A stretch of 42,318 bases of DNA from Octopus bimaculoides (lineage: Eukaryota), in contig NC_068983.1 in assembly GCF_001194135.2 (NCBI RefSeq), positions 78,948,634 through 78,990,951 of the forward strand, in the 5' to 3' direction. Below the pieces are notes generated by a model. It worked only from the letters and a program-made list of their open reading frames with translations. It was not told the DNA's origin and ran no database searches. The position numbers were made by a program, and so were the translations under genes. Positions 24,219 to 37,778 of this stretch are shown here, in pieces; within the stretch, counting starts at the first letter, position 1; each line of letters starts with the position of its first letter.

Positions 24219-24897
24219 ACTGTGAGTGCGTGTGCGCGCTTATGTGTGTGTGTATGATGGGCTTCTTTCAGTTTCAGTCTACAAAATCCATTCACAAGGC
24301 TTTGGTCAGCCCAAGGCCATAGTAGAAGACACTTGCCCAAAGGGTCATGCAATGAGTCTGATTCTAGAACCATGTGGTTAGCAAGCAAGCTTCTTACCAC
24401 ATAGCCAAACCTGAATTCTAGTTACCTGTTCCACCTTATTAATGTTTATATCCATCATGTATTTTAGTGACGATATGTGAATATTTTTAATTAGTTGAAG
24501 TTTAGATGCCAATCATAAGACAAAAATAATGACTAGCTATTTATGCCTTTTTATCACAATGTTTAGATCATGGTTGAACATTGCAGATTGTTACCAGCTT
24601 CTGAGATATATATATTTCTTAAACCTATATAGAGTGTTATATCTTCTTCATGCAATCTATGTAAAACTAAAATTTTCCCATAAGCAGTGACCAAAGTAAA
24701 TGTTAAATTGCCTTCATGCTGCATCTTTCTGGTAGCTGACCTCTTCAGTGCTAATAAACCCTTTAAAATTAATACCCTGCAAACTGAGAAACCTGTGTTT
24801 AATGATGCTATTTTCCTACACGTCTGCTCCAATATTCTTAATTATCTTATTTTTTTTTTTTGCAATTTTCAAAATTGTGTATGTGTGGTGTATGTAC

Positions 24898-24913
24898 AGA
24901 CAGACAGACTGAC

Positions 24914-24993
<80 letters not shown>
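24898..24993. repeat. (GACA)n/(GATA)n microsatellite
   Basis: Direct observation. Confidence 0.95.
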
Positions 24994-24994
<1 letters not shown>

Positions 24995-25289
24995 TTTTGT
25001 ACCAAAGGTGTAAGTGGTAAGTAGGCCTTAACATGCTACCTTGTTTAATATCACCAACTGAACATAAGTTGCTTTTAATGGAATCTACTCTGTTGCAAGC
25101 TTCACACCAGAACCCTTGGCTCCATTCATGCCACCACGATTTCCTGCAGACATTGACCAACGGATTATCTTACTGAGGATCAGTCTCACTTGTCTATGAG
25201 GGTCTGCAAAGGTCATGGACCTTGCCTCTTCTCTTCTAACATATAAAAAAAAGCTTATTTGGAAAATATTCTATCTTTCTCTATATATA

Positions 25290-25320
<31 letters not shown>

Positions 25321-26210
25321 ATATATACATATATAATGTGTGTATATATATATATATATATATGTCTTTCTGTTTATATTTCTGTCTCTTGTTCTCTCTC
25401 TCTCTTTTTCCAGTCTCATACTATTTAATCAACCCCCACTTAACACATCAAATAATTATTATCTTTTTTCTTTAAGATTTAACAATGAAATTCAGTGCCA
25501 TGCTATCGTCATTAAGTGTCAGCCATATCAAACTTGAAGCTTTGACATTTCAGCACATCCTAATTTTTCTTGATATTTATATAACTTACAGCTGTCACCT
25601 GTCATAGAATTTATAATGTCACTATCTCCAATAACAATATTTTGGGTATCCTACACAATTATAAAGAGAGACAACATTATAAGTAATCAGCTAATAAAAT
25701 ACTGAATTAATTAGATTAATATATTAGATAGCATTTTACTCTGGAGGCAACTTGTGCATCACACTGCATTAAGAAACTGTGAAATTGTATTTTTAAGAGT
25801 AATAGCATGACCTCACACAACTGGAAAAGTCAGTAAAAAAAGAAGCAAATGAATATATATGTTTCTGTATGTTATCTACAAATTTAAGAAGCTACAAAAT
25901 CTAACAAGGATTAGTTTTCATGTTTCAGCAAATATATCTCAAGGACAAGCTCTATATGTAACATTATTTTTAATTAGCCCTATTTTCTTACATGCTGTTC
26001 AATTGACAGTAATGCAGGAATCCTGGCTATTCTTATTCAGTAAAGAAGAAAATAAAAAGAAAACTAGTTTGTCAATGATATATTCTAGAATAGATCAGTT
26101 TCAAACATGATGTTAAAACTGAATCTACTGGCGACATAAACTTATATTTTATAGTTCAGCACATATCTCTCCTTCCATTGCATATACCAATGTAATTTAC
26201 TGCTATCATA

Positions 26211-26241
<31 letters not shown>

Positions 26242-26251
26242 NNNNNNNNNN

Positions 26252-26298
<47 letters not shown>

Positions 26299-27755
26299 AT
26301 ATCATATTAAAATCAATAGATTACATAAAGTATTAACAGCATGCCTTCACTAAAGTATCTTTGTAATCAACATAAGCTGGGAAGTTAAAACCAAATATGA
26401 CATAGGATGGCAACACTCTCCCTTAAGCAACAAATAAACCAAGATTGTTCTGCTACTAGCAAGAACAGAAATAAAGAACTATTTCTATATTACACCAGGA
26501 AAGCTGATAAACTATGAATTTTATATTCACGAAGAAAAAAAATATAATAAAATTTAAAAAAATAAACGGAAAGCAATTTAAAAATTTAACCAAAAAAATA
26601 TACTTTGAATCTTCATGCTTTTAAAATATTTCCCTGATCTTTAAAATCGTTAAAAATTCACAAAATTCTGTTAATGTAAAAAAAAATTAAGAAGAATTTC
26701 TTGTTCTAGCTGATTGCAATTATGGTTTGAATAAAAAGATATTTTAGTAAATTTGCTGATTTGACATGTGAGTCAATGGGCAATGACACAAATGATTTCC
26801 TGAATGTATAAGTAGAAAATTACATGAGCACAGGCAAAGCTGTATGCTTTAGAAGTTTTGCTTGCAACCATGTGGTTACAGTTTCAGTCCCACTGTATGA
26901 CATCTTGGTTGAAAATTACCTTCTAACTGGAGTTTCCGTGGAAAGAAATTGTGAGGAAGCCTGTTGTATATGTGTGCTTACCCATGTATGTGTGTGTTAT
27001 GTTGTATGTCTGCATGTATGTGTGTAACCTTTATATGTCGTGAGACTTCAAGACTCAACAAGACTTAACAAGTAAAAAGAAAAGAAGATGTAAGATATAA
27101 ACATGAGTTAGAAAGCAAAACAACAGTGGCACTCCCTTGTCATTCTTGCTATCAGAAATGCAACAGTTTGGTATGTTGTAAATGTATATCCAATCACACC
27201 TTATTGTCATTGTTATCATTATTCTCATCATTTTAATGCCATTTTTTTTTTTTTTTGTTTCTGTTAGGGGTTTTCTTGTTTTTTCCCCTTGAGGCATGAA
27301 TTATACAAATCTACAATACAGCCCATTTTTCATTGGGCACCATTTCATTTATGAGATCTAATATTCATTGCCAGATCTGGTTTGTCTATTTCTGCTCATA
27401 TTAATTTATCCATCAAAATAGGAGCCACTTCACCAAGAGGAATTTGAACTTGTACTCGTTACATCCTATCTCAGATACAATCTTCTCTTTTATTTTTACT
27501 ATTGCCTAAATTGTTATTCATAGTCCTAGTAGATCAATATCCATATTCAGTTTCTGAATACGTTACAGCACACATGAATTTGACCCACCGAAGTATGTAT
27601 AGTTTCAGATAAAGTGTGCTTTATTTTCCAAGGGTGAGTTGAGCTCATTTCTCTGTGACTGACAAAACTCTTACAGTCGTAAAAGAAACTATTTTATGAT
27701 AGCTACTTAGAGTTAGTAGAACTCAGATATTGATTTAGCTAAATGTCTTCTACAG

Positions 27756-27866
27756 AGAAAAGAAGAAGACGAAGAAGACGAAGAAGAAGAAGAAGAAGAA
27801 AAAGAAGAAGAAGAAGAAGAAGAAGAAGAAGAAGAAGAAGAAGAAGAAGAAGAAGAAGAAGAAGAA
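27756..27866. repeat. (GAA)n trinucleotide microsatellite
   Basis: Direct observation. It explains the poly-R and poly-F ORFs. Confidence 0.97.
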
Positions 27867-28282
27867 ATGGATTAATGAAACAATTTGATGCTCTAATAAT
27901 ACTTCTTGCTTATTGTAAAATTGTAACAACAATCAAGAACTCATTTATATTTAAAGATAAAATACATGTTTTAAATATATTCGTTGTTGTTGTACTGCTG
28001 CAAATGATCTAATTTTATTTCTGCATTGAAAAGATAAAAACAAAATGTACATTAATATATAGTTCTTGAGCTCTAAAAGTAAATGAAATTTCTTACCCTT
28101 GTATTGGTAGAACCAATTCAATAAAACTATTACTTTAGTAGATGTCTCACTAAGGAAGTGTAAATTCATAGATACATTTAAATAACTGTCTATCTATTAA
28201 TTTAATTCTCTTTTAAACTGTCACTTTTCTGCTTCACACTTTTTCTTTCCCTCTTTTTCCATCTATCTAACAAGGTATACAT

Positions 28283-28322
<40 letters not shown>

Positions 28323-28437
28323 GTATATATGTGTGTGTATTTATATGTCTATGTATGTATGTATGTATGTATTGTGTGTGTGTGTATATATATCTATTTA
28401 TTTAGGTCTGTTCTCACTTCAATTTCTCTCTTTTCAG

Positions 28438-28556
28438 ATGAATTAACCTCAATAGTCAATTTAAACAGAGATATCCATATATCAAAATACCTCCTCAGTT
28501 ATATTTGTGTTTGTTCAAACAAAGAAAATCAAATCAGTTCAGGCAATGTGCTGTTT
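28438..28556 (+). other. Candidate 119-nt internal exon of an unidentified transcript
   Basis: Strong polypyrimidine acceptor (tctcacttcaatttctctcttttcAG) and GTGAGT donor. One frame is open throughout (ELTSIVNLNRDIHISKYLLSYICVCSNKENQISSGNVLF), but I recognise no homology. Confidence 0.3.
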
Positions 28557-29584
28557 GTGAGTCAGTTAGCTCAATATAACTTTACTTCTCAGTCTTCAAA
28601 TTAGCAGACAGTCTTCTTGACCTAAACAAAATGAAGCAAAAAATCTATCCTCACTGAAGTAACAAGTATTTCACAGTAATATTCATAATTTCTCAGGAGA
28701 TTTATTCTGTCTATGCAAAGAGAGGTATTTTGGTGCTCATTCAGAAAATTGTTATATATTAGAAATATTCTACTTTATAGAAATAGTATTAAATATTACA
28801 ATTTAAAACTGATGGTCTTAACGGTGATGGAGTGTTAATAGATATTTACAAAAAGGCAAGATAGAAAAAAATATATGAAAACTAAAGCTGATATTTGTTA
28901 TTTTTATTTCATCACTTTTCTTTGTTTTCAAGCAAACTTTAGCTTTAATCTACTCCATTGTGAATCAAAAAATTGTTTGCTGGTTGCAAAAGTTAAATTC
29001 AATTCATGTTTTCATATTGGAATAATTTATAGAATAATTTTTGAGAAACTGGAGAATAGAAAAATCTGATGTGAATGGACAGCTTCGAAGAAGTTAACCT
29101 TTTGCTTTGTATTTAGCCACAGGAATATTCATTTCAATCATTAAATCATCGATAAATAAGTTTTATTACAGAACAAAGCTAAGGTCTTTAAAGCTGAACC
29201 AAGAAAAAAAAAGAAAGGAAAGGGAAAAAAAAAAACATGAAACATATAGAGCTACTCATTAATGAAAGTCTATGTATGGTATTCTATTCATAGAATTTTT
29301 ATATTAAAATAGATGTTTATTTATATTAGAGTCATCTGATGTGATTATCTTTATATTATATTCTTTAATTTAGCATTCTATAGCCAACAAGGGAGTGGCT
29401 ATGTGCTCAACTGACCTGATAGCCAAACAAGTGTCCATTATATTGTACCCTACCTTCTGAATGATGGAAGTATAAATAGGATAATGTAATCCTATAATAT
29501 ACATTATATTTGTATAAAAGGGAAAAGAGGTTATTATGCTTATATTGCCTTTGACCTTTGGCTGTGTGGTTGGTTAAGGAAATA

Positions 29585-29793
29585 CAAAGGTGTGCTGAAA
29601 AGTTCTTGGCTTTAAGGGTATCACAAAAAGCCTGGTTGGAGGCTCAACCTTCCAAGTTCTTTTACAGGGCTTAGAAAAACTGATGGACTGCTGCAATAAG
29701 TGTGTAAATCTGAAAAGGTAATATATTAAATAAAATCATAATTAACTGATTCCCCTGTATTTTCTTTTACCCAAAGCCAGGAATTTTTCAGCA

Positions 29794-29795
<2 letters not shown>
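29585..29795 (+). mobile_element. Mariner-type MITE (~215 bp), copy 1
   Basis: TA|CAAAGGTGTGCTGAAAAGTTCTTGGCTTT ... AAAGCCAGGAATTTTTCAGCACC. The internal sequence is the reverse complement of 35882-36098. Confidence 0.85.
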
Positions 29796-29869
<74 letters not shown>

Positions 29870-30114
29870 CATAAATAATATATAATTATATGCATATATC
29901 CATACATATATGTACATACGTACATCTATATGTATACATACATACATATATGGGTACAGGATATCACAAAAAACGTTAAACACAATGAGAAACGAAAACA
30001 TAAAGACGAAGACAGAAAACGAAGTTTTTTTCGAACAACGAAAAAAAAAACAAACAGAGAAATGAGACATGTAACATAAAGAATATTTCCCTTCTTCACT
30101 CCATAATTGCCCAT

Positions 30115-30345
30115 GGGCATATGGCGTAGTGGTTAAGAGCATGGGCTACTAACCCTAAGATTCCGAGTTTGATTCCAGGCAGTGACCTGAATAATAACAA
30201 CAACAACAAAAAGTACCTTAGGAATGAGAACCCAGGTTCGAAATTTCCCCAAGACACCTGATGTAGGGTGGAGGGTATATCAGCCAAAACATTGTGTTAA
30301 CAACAAACAAGATGAGAACAAATATCCGTCAAATATAAATAATGT
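30115..30345 (+). mobile_element. tRNA-headed SINE with an (AAT/AAC)n linker and a decayed hammerhead-like motif in its tail
   Basis: A 73-nt tRNA-like head (30115-30187: tggcgtagtggttaagagc...ctactaa...gagtttgattcc) is followed by ACAC-CTGATGT-A-GGGTG-gagggtatat-CAGCC-AAAA-CA-TT-GTGT at 30254-30297. Confidence 0.65.
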
Positions 30346-30539
30346 AAAATAAGGTTTCTTTCAGTTTCCATCTACGAAATCCACTCACAAGGCTTTGATT
30401 GGCCCAAGGTTACACACGGTGGGACTGAACCTGAAAGCATATGGTTGGGAAGCAAACTTCTTATCATATAGCCATGCCTGCACATATTTTACAAATTTTT
30501 GTGCAATGCTTCCAATTGATGCCAATATTTCTCTGCATT

Positions 30540-31050
30540 AAGTGTTTCACTTTGGCTAAATACTTCATGATTGACAATGCCTTTCATATCACACAAAACA
30601 CAAAGCACAAACTTTTTAGCTGTAGTCCTGGTTTGGGGATGGACTCTCCTTTTTCAGTGGAAGCTAACCATTGCCATTTGTGTTGATTTTGATTATAGAG
30701 AACCCACTTTCATTACTTGTGATGATTCTACCAAGAAAAGGATATGGTATCAAGTCTATTCTTCTATGAAGAGCAGAGGGCAACATTTTGATTAAGCTGA
30801 GAAGCAGTCAGATGATGAGAAACCCACTGAATAAGTTTAGATGCTTTTCCTAGTTTGTGAAAATGTTTTATGGTTGAAGTGTGACTTGAATTGTACTATT
30901 TTGCTTATTCACATGCAGCTTGCATTGGTTTTCCACGACTACAGTTTTCAAAACCAAAAATTCCTAGCCTTGGGTCTGCCTACCTCTAGGAGAGTCTCCA
31001 ATGATGGCACAGGGTGGGAAAATTTGTCAATTATGTTCAAAAATTTAAAG
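30540..31050 (-). mobile_element. Second, more decayed mariner transposase remnant
   Basis: Minus frames give LGKASKLIQWVSHHL (WVPHEL motif), LGRIITSNE/KWVLYNQ and KWQWLASTEKGESIPKPGLQ. Confidence 0.8.
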
Positions 31051-31523
31051 GTGAGTACAGTCATCACATCATTATCATCATTGTCATCATTGTCATCATT
31101 ATCATCATCATCATCATCATCATCATTGTTTCAACATCCATTTTCCATGTTCACATGGGTCCAATGAAATTTGTAGAAGCAAATTTCCTACAGCCAGATG
31201 TGCTTTGTGTTGCCAACCTACAGTAAAATAATATTTCCCCATGACCAGACATGTTTTTACAGAAGATTGGAGATGATGGACATTGGATGCATGATGTTTA
31301 CTACTGTCACAGTAAGTCGGGGCATAGAAACAGTAATACACACACACACACATTTCATTGTTCATCTTTATTTGTTTCAGTCATTTAGCTGCGGCCATGC
31401 TGGGGCAATGCTGCGAAATGTTTTTTAGTCAAACAAATTGACCCCACACCTTTTTTTTTTCTTTTTAAGCCTGGTACTTATTCTATCAGTCGCTATTGCC
31501 AAACCACTCAGTTTTATACATAC

Positions 31524-31592
<69 letters not shown>

Positions 31593-34182
31593 ATGGGCTT
31601 CTCAGTTTCCACCATCAACCAAATTCACTCATAAAGGTTTGGTCAGACCAAGGATTATAGTAGAAGATACTTGCCCAGGGTACAATCAAGTGGAGCTGAA
31701 CCTGAAACTGTGTGGTTAGAAAGCAAACTTTCTATCGCACAGCTATGTCTGCACTTGTATATAATTAGTTACATGCATCTTGCAACTGGGAGATGAGTAT
31801 GGGAAGACAAATGTGTTGTTAGTTATTAAAACCAGCTTACTGAGTAAACAGACTTTTTCAAAAGCCAGGCGTATGTGTGAAAATTTATTTAAATAAATGG
31901 GGCTTTTGGTTGTGAAGTGGATGGGAACCAACGATATTGGAATTCTATCATTAGCATGGTCAATCCTGATGTGATTCCATATGCTTTCTTCTGTACAGTA
32001 CTGATTGTCTCATTATTTTTACTAATAATACACAGTCATATGCCAATAATATTACACTGTAATCCTCCTTAACCTTCTGCACACAGACATAATTCACAGT
32101 AACCTTGAACCCTCATGACAAACAGCACTGAATCCATGAACAGAGATGTTGAAGACAGTTGTCAATGAGAACATGACAAACTAGTCTTTCTGCAAAGGGA
32201 AAATGGCATAATTGCTACTCAAATCAAGGAAACAATCTTGCTACATCCTTCCTGCATATAAATAACATTCATAATTAAATCCTGCAAAAGTCACTACAAG
32301 ACTCACAATTTTTATCTCACAAATATAACATAACAAAAACAGTATTTCTAAGACTAAGTTTCTTTTCTTTCTTCAGTACCAGAAAATGCATCTGAAGGAA
32401 GTGAATTGGCAGAGTTGTTAGAATAGCAGATAGAATGCCTTGTCATATATCTTCTGGCTCTTTCTATTTTGAGTTCAAATCCTTCTAAGGTCAACTTTGG
32501 CTTTCCCTCTTTTTGGGGTTGATGGAAAGGTACCAATCAAACATAGTGCATTCACAGAATGGAAAAAATTTTGGAGCAGATGCTTTGCAGGATCTGTCCT
32601 GATTTTTAACATTCTGAGTTAAATCTTGTTATGGTTTACTTGGGATGTAGACTTAGTTCATCACACCATTACCTGGCACCTTGAGTGGATGCCATTAGTG
32701 GACTCCACAATGCTGTAAGCATTTGTGACAAGTCTCCACTCTGAGGATACTTCCCTCCCAGCAATCTCGGAGCCCTGTAAAAGGTCAATGATGCAGCCCT
32801 TCCACCTGTTTAAAAGATGAAAAAATAAATTACTACACTACTCACAAATCTGTAATGATTCTATTGCTATTACACACTCAAATACCTCTGATTGCATCTA
32901 AATATAAGTCATCTGAGTGGCCAACAGTCAAAAATTTGCACCCTCCACCCTGTCAATCAGATGTGCCACTTTCGTCTGTATTTTTTCTATGACTACTTCT
33001 TTGGTCTCTGCTCCTCTCAATTAGCAAGTTGCACATATTTTCATCCAAGCATCCCTGATAGACTTGTCTCTGTCCTTGTCATTCTAGCTGTATCTCAGCT
33101 ACTAGATTCTCTACAAAATTCATTGCTCGATTCTTCTTAGCTGCCCACATTTTTTACCTCCCACTTCTACTTTTTCTTGTAAACATCAATATACAGAAGT
33201 TCAAAATGAACATTAGTCTCAATGATGAGAAATTCTACAAAGGTAATAGACAGAGGGCAGTTTGTTCAATCAACTCATTTCTAATCTCTCAACACTTCTA
33301 TGTAACTTCCATTGGTGAAAACATAAACAAATCTGTGAAATATTCTATATCAAACCTCAGAAAACTTTTATTTCTTTCAGTAATTCTATATCACTCAAGA
33401 ATTTATTATCAACTGAGTTTATTATAGGACTTGGTTAGAAGCAAAGGAAGCATGATAAAATATGGCAATGTAATATGGTTAATTAAACAAAATGACATAT
33501 GTTTAGATACCGGTACACTATATTTATAAATAATGAAAAATGTCAAACATTTAGAAATAATGCATAAGTGTATGATTATACATAAATAGAACCTCCTATT
33601 GAGAGGTACTTAGAAGCTAGATACAGTAAATAATTTTTTTTTTTTTGCACTTATGACTTAAGATGTTTTTCTGCATCTTTGATTAAACCAAAGACTTAGA
33701 TGATAAAATGACACAGGCACAGCTACTACATGGATAAAAATTTAGCTTCACAACCACATGGTTTTAGGTTCAATTCTATTGCATGGCACTTTGGGAAAGC
33801 TTTTTTTTACAAAAGCTTTAGATTGATTAGTATCTTGTGAATTGAATTTGGCTGATAGAAATTGTGTGAAGAATCCATCATCTGTCTCTGTGTGTGTGTG
33901 TGTGTGTGGTTAATAAGTTCACATTTCAACCATTTGGCTTCAGTTCAGTTTTTCCATGTGGAGCCTTGAGCAAGTGTCTTTTAATATAGGCTCTTGTTGA
34001 CCAATCTGATATTTATGGAACTTGCTAAAGAAAGCAAGGATTTTAACATCCATTTCTCCATGCTTATTTGGGATCAGACAGAATTCACTGAGGCAGATTT
34101 TTCTATTACTAGAAGCCCTTCCTATCACCAATTCTCACCTGTCTCCAAGCAAGGTAATATTTCCTCAAGGCCAAACCAGCAA

Positions 34183-34395
34183 GAATAGTAGAATTATTAG
34201 CACACCAAGCAAAATGCTTAACTGCATTTCATCCATTTTTACATTCTGAGTTAAAATACCATGAAGGTTGACTTTGCCTTTTGCCTTTCATCTTTTAAAG
34301 GTCAATAAAATAAGTACCAGTTGCGTGCTGGGGTCATGTAATCAACTTGCCCCTTCCCCCAAAATTGCTGGCCTTGTGCCAAAATTTGAAACCAA
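34183..34395 (+). mobile_element. tRNA-derived SINE, third family
   Basis: caaaatgcttaactgcatttc...gaggttgactttgcc...tttcatctttt..ggtcaataaaataagtaccagttg...ccccaaaattgctggccttgtgccaaaatttgaaacca. Confidence 0.7.
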
Positions 34396-35881
34396 ATATT
34401 TCCTCAAGGTTGAACATCTTTTCATGGAAACAAATTATGCTACTCATATGATGGTGATGCTCATTTACAAGTGTCACATGTCAAAACACGGAGACATAGA
34501 CACATGCACACACAGACATGCACACACACACACACACATAATAGGCTTCTTTCAGTTTTTATCTATTAAAATCTACTCACAGGGCTTTTGTCAGCTCAGG
34601 GTGATAGTAGTAGAAGACACTTGCCCAACTTCTAGGTGCAATCCCATGGTCATTTGTGACTGAAGGGGGTCTTCACCCTTACCAATAATGCATGTATAAT
34701 ACAAAAACATGATTCAGACTGTGATAATCAATAAAATAGAAATAGAATTTTAAAAGTTATTCTTCCTGTACAGTCTGGTATCAAACTGATCTATCGTCTG
34801 GTGGTGATCAACAGTCCAGTGATTGATGACTCCTGCACTTGATAATAAACAAAAAGTTACCATTAAATAGGATCTGGTATGATCACAGCTGAAATATCTT
34901 TAATTCCAGGTTCGTTTGATCAAGTTCAGACTGGGACTCTAACCACAAGAATAAAGATTAATGGAAAGTATGTGTGGACTGAAAATGACAACCACCATCA
35001 TCAGAATTATTTTAATGTCCACTTTTCTATGCTTGCATGGGTCAGATGGAATTGTTGAGATAGATTTTCTTGGACTGAATACTCCTCCTGTCCCCAACCT
35101 TCATCTGTTTCCAAGCAAAATAATATTTCTCTATGTCTGAATATTGCTTGTACATCAATGATGTTAGTGATGTTTGTTTATAAATATCACATGATGTCAA
35201 AACAAGGAAACACAAACATACATATACACACACTTGCTTATGTACACACACACACATATACATTTGTATATCTATATACACACATATATAACAAGTTTTG
35301 TTCAGTTCCTGTATACCAAATCCACAACTATAGCCTTAAGCATTGGTTAACTTCAGGCTATCATAGAAGGCACATGACTAAGGTGCCATGCTGTGAGACT
35401 GACCTCAAAAGATGGGAAGAAATTTCTTAACCACACAGCAATGTTTGTTCCTACTTCATAACCACACAGACTTTGAAAGACATTTACATCTCTAGCAATT
35501 TGAGAAAGATTAAAAAAGGTCACACATCACTGTAGGTTAATGAAATACCTAAGAAATGTAGGAGAGACTATTTATGTGAAACATAAACCAACTAATCTAC
35601 AGTTTTATTTTTCTAGAGAGACATAAAGAGAGAAAGCAGAAGAGTGATATAGTCATACATCAACAGTTGCATTACCACATTACTAAATATATATCAAAGT
35701 CAGTTTTGCTAATATCAAAATGAATCACTCATATATTTACACATAGTATATCATTATCATTAATGCAATCATTATAAAACTGTCAAATTTAAGTATGCTT
35801 AAGGCAATTTGTACCAAAGTATTAGTATCTGACAACTCAATAAAACCCTTGAGTATATCCAGTATACTACATACACACCTA

Positions 35882-36098
35882 CAAGGGGATGATGAAAAGT
35901 TCCTGGCTTTGGGTAAAAGAAAACACAGGAGGAACAGTTAATCATGATTTTATTCAACATATACCCCTGTCAGGTTTGCACACTTATTGCAGCAGTCCTT
36001 CAGTTTTTCTAAGCCCTGTAAAAGAACTTGGAAGGTTGGACCTTCAACCAAGCCATTCGTGATACCCTTAAAGCCTGGAACTTTTCAGCACACCCTCA
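35882..36098 (-). mobile_element. Mariner-type MITE, copy 2
   Basis: TA|CAAGGGGATGATGAAAAGTTCCTGGCTTT ... AAAGCCTGGAACTTTTCAGCACACCCTCA|TA. Confidence 0.85.
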
Positions 36099-36258
36099 TA
36101 TGTGCGTGCATGCACACACACGTATATATGTACACAGTGTGGACCAATATATACATTATATACACACACACACATATATAATATATATATACATATAAAT
36201 ATATATATATATATATATACATACATATATATATATATATACATACATATATATATAT

Positions 36259-36304
<46 letters not shown>

Positions 36305-36384
36305 TTGGTTGAGTCAGTCTTTTGTTACTCTGAGTTTCACCTTTGGGTGCACAGTCAATACTAAATGTATGTATGTGTATATGC

Positions 36385-37116
36385 ATGGTGGTTATCTACT
36401 CCTTATACAGAATTTGACCACCTCCTGTACATACACCTTAGAACCATCATGGCATCTGATGTGGCTTTTTAAACTAGACAATGTTTTCAAAAAGACACCC
36501 ACATACATTGCATATCCGATTTGGACCACCAACAACTGCAGATAAGCTCTGATCTTTGTGGATCTAAAAATCTCTTTTGAGGCCTCCGTTAGATTTGAAA
36601 ACCTTCTGGCATATATTGTATTCAAAGGTGTGCACAGACACATAGGCAGAATAGTTGATGGAGGTTCGTTTTCCATGGGTTCACAAATGAGATTTGAGCG
36701 TAGCAAAAGAAAGGCATGGTCTGTCATAAAGGATAAAATCATTCATGATTTTATCAGGTGGTCAGCACGAAAATAAAAAACCTTGCAAGTAATTTTTTCT
36801 AAATACTATATTAATAATTATATACATAATTATAACAAGGGATCAGAAACAAGACTCTCCATATGCTGAAAATAGACGCCAAATGATGCTAAAAACCACC
36901 TTAAAAACTCCAAAAACACAGGTTGTGGATGGGTAAAGGAAAAATAATAAATCAAACTTTTAGTTAATTGTTTATTAGAAATAATTTTAGGCTAAAACTT
37001 ATAAATACTTACTGTCATCATCAGCATAGATATTCCAGAGAATAAATGTACAAGTATCTACACATACCTATACGAGCAGCAACATCACACAGTAATATAT
37101 CTACACACTTGCAAAA
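36385..37116 (-). mobile_element. ~730-bp dispersed repeat with disrupted C2H2 zinc fingers (copy 2)
   Basis: Same boundaries and same disabling stop and frameshift as 13778-14511. Confidence 0.7.
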
Positions 37117-37369
37117 TAAAACTTGCCACTGGTACAGGAGCCAATCAGATGGACCTGGCATCAGCCATGTTCAGATGGTGCTTTTTATGTGCCACCAACA
37201 CAGGAACCAGTCAAGGGGCACTGGCCACAGCTACGATTTTGGCTTTATTTGACTCAACAGGTCTTCTCAAGCATATCATATCACCTGATGCATATATATA
37301 TATATGCTGTGGAGTATTCCGACGGTTTGAAATTTATTGAGTGAATATGAACACTGACCTTTGAAATTT

Positions 37370-37763
37370 GTTATACATCATTAGATGTATACCTGACTTT
37401 CCTATATAAAATTAAAGAATATAACGGAACGCTGAACTCCGGACTATCAACTTAAACAACATTTATTCAGGTGGTAAATATATACATCTTTAGCTCTTGT
37501 TGTTACAGCTTCTATGTGTGTGAGCATAGTTGTTGGGACGTTGTTATGTAGATGTGAGCGAGCTGTCGAGTGTAAGTCCGAAAGATGGAGAGTGACAGCT
37601 ATACACGTAAAGAGACTGTCTCTAGGTTGGAATGTCAGAGACACTGCTTGACACGTCCACGCTCTATTGCTGGCCAGCAAGAAAGAGATAGAATTAAGCG
37701 GGAAAGCTTGCTTGTTTAATTCCACGCATGCGTGAGACTACGCATGCGCACGGCGTTGCTACA
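37370..37763 (-). repeat. 3' LTR (~400 bp; the last ~13 bp appear lost)
   Basis: On the minus strand it starts TGTAGCAAC right after CTGGCAAGGGAACCC and contains AATAAA (37462-37467). Its terminal part matches the right-hand copy. Confidence 0.65.
37724..37750. promoter_or_regulatory. Two NRF1-like GCGCATGCGC-type palindromes in the LTR U3 region
   Basis: ACGCATGCGT (37724-37733) and ACGCATGCGCA (37740-37750) in a CpG-rich segment. Confidence 0.45.
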
Positions 37764-37778
37764 GGGTTCCCTTGCCAG
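37764..37778 (-). other. Polypurine-tract-like motif
   Basis: Minus strand CTGGCAAGGGAACCC directly before TGTAG. I recall this spaced PPT layout from CsRn1/Boudicca-type Gypsy elements. Confidence 0.5.

Noticed and set aside
27743-28012. Poly-arginine and poly-phenylalanine ORFs
   Set aside because: They come from the (GAA)n microsatellite.
30115-30187. Functional tRNA gene
   Set aside because: The acceptor stem does not pair and the B-box is mutated; this is a SINE head.
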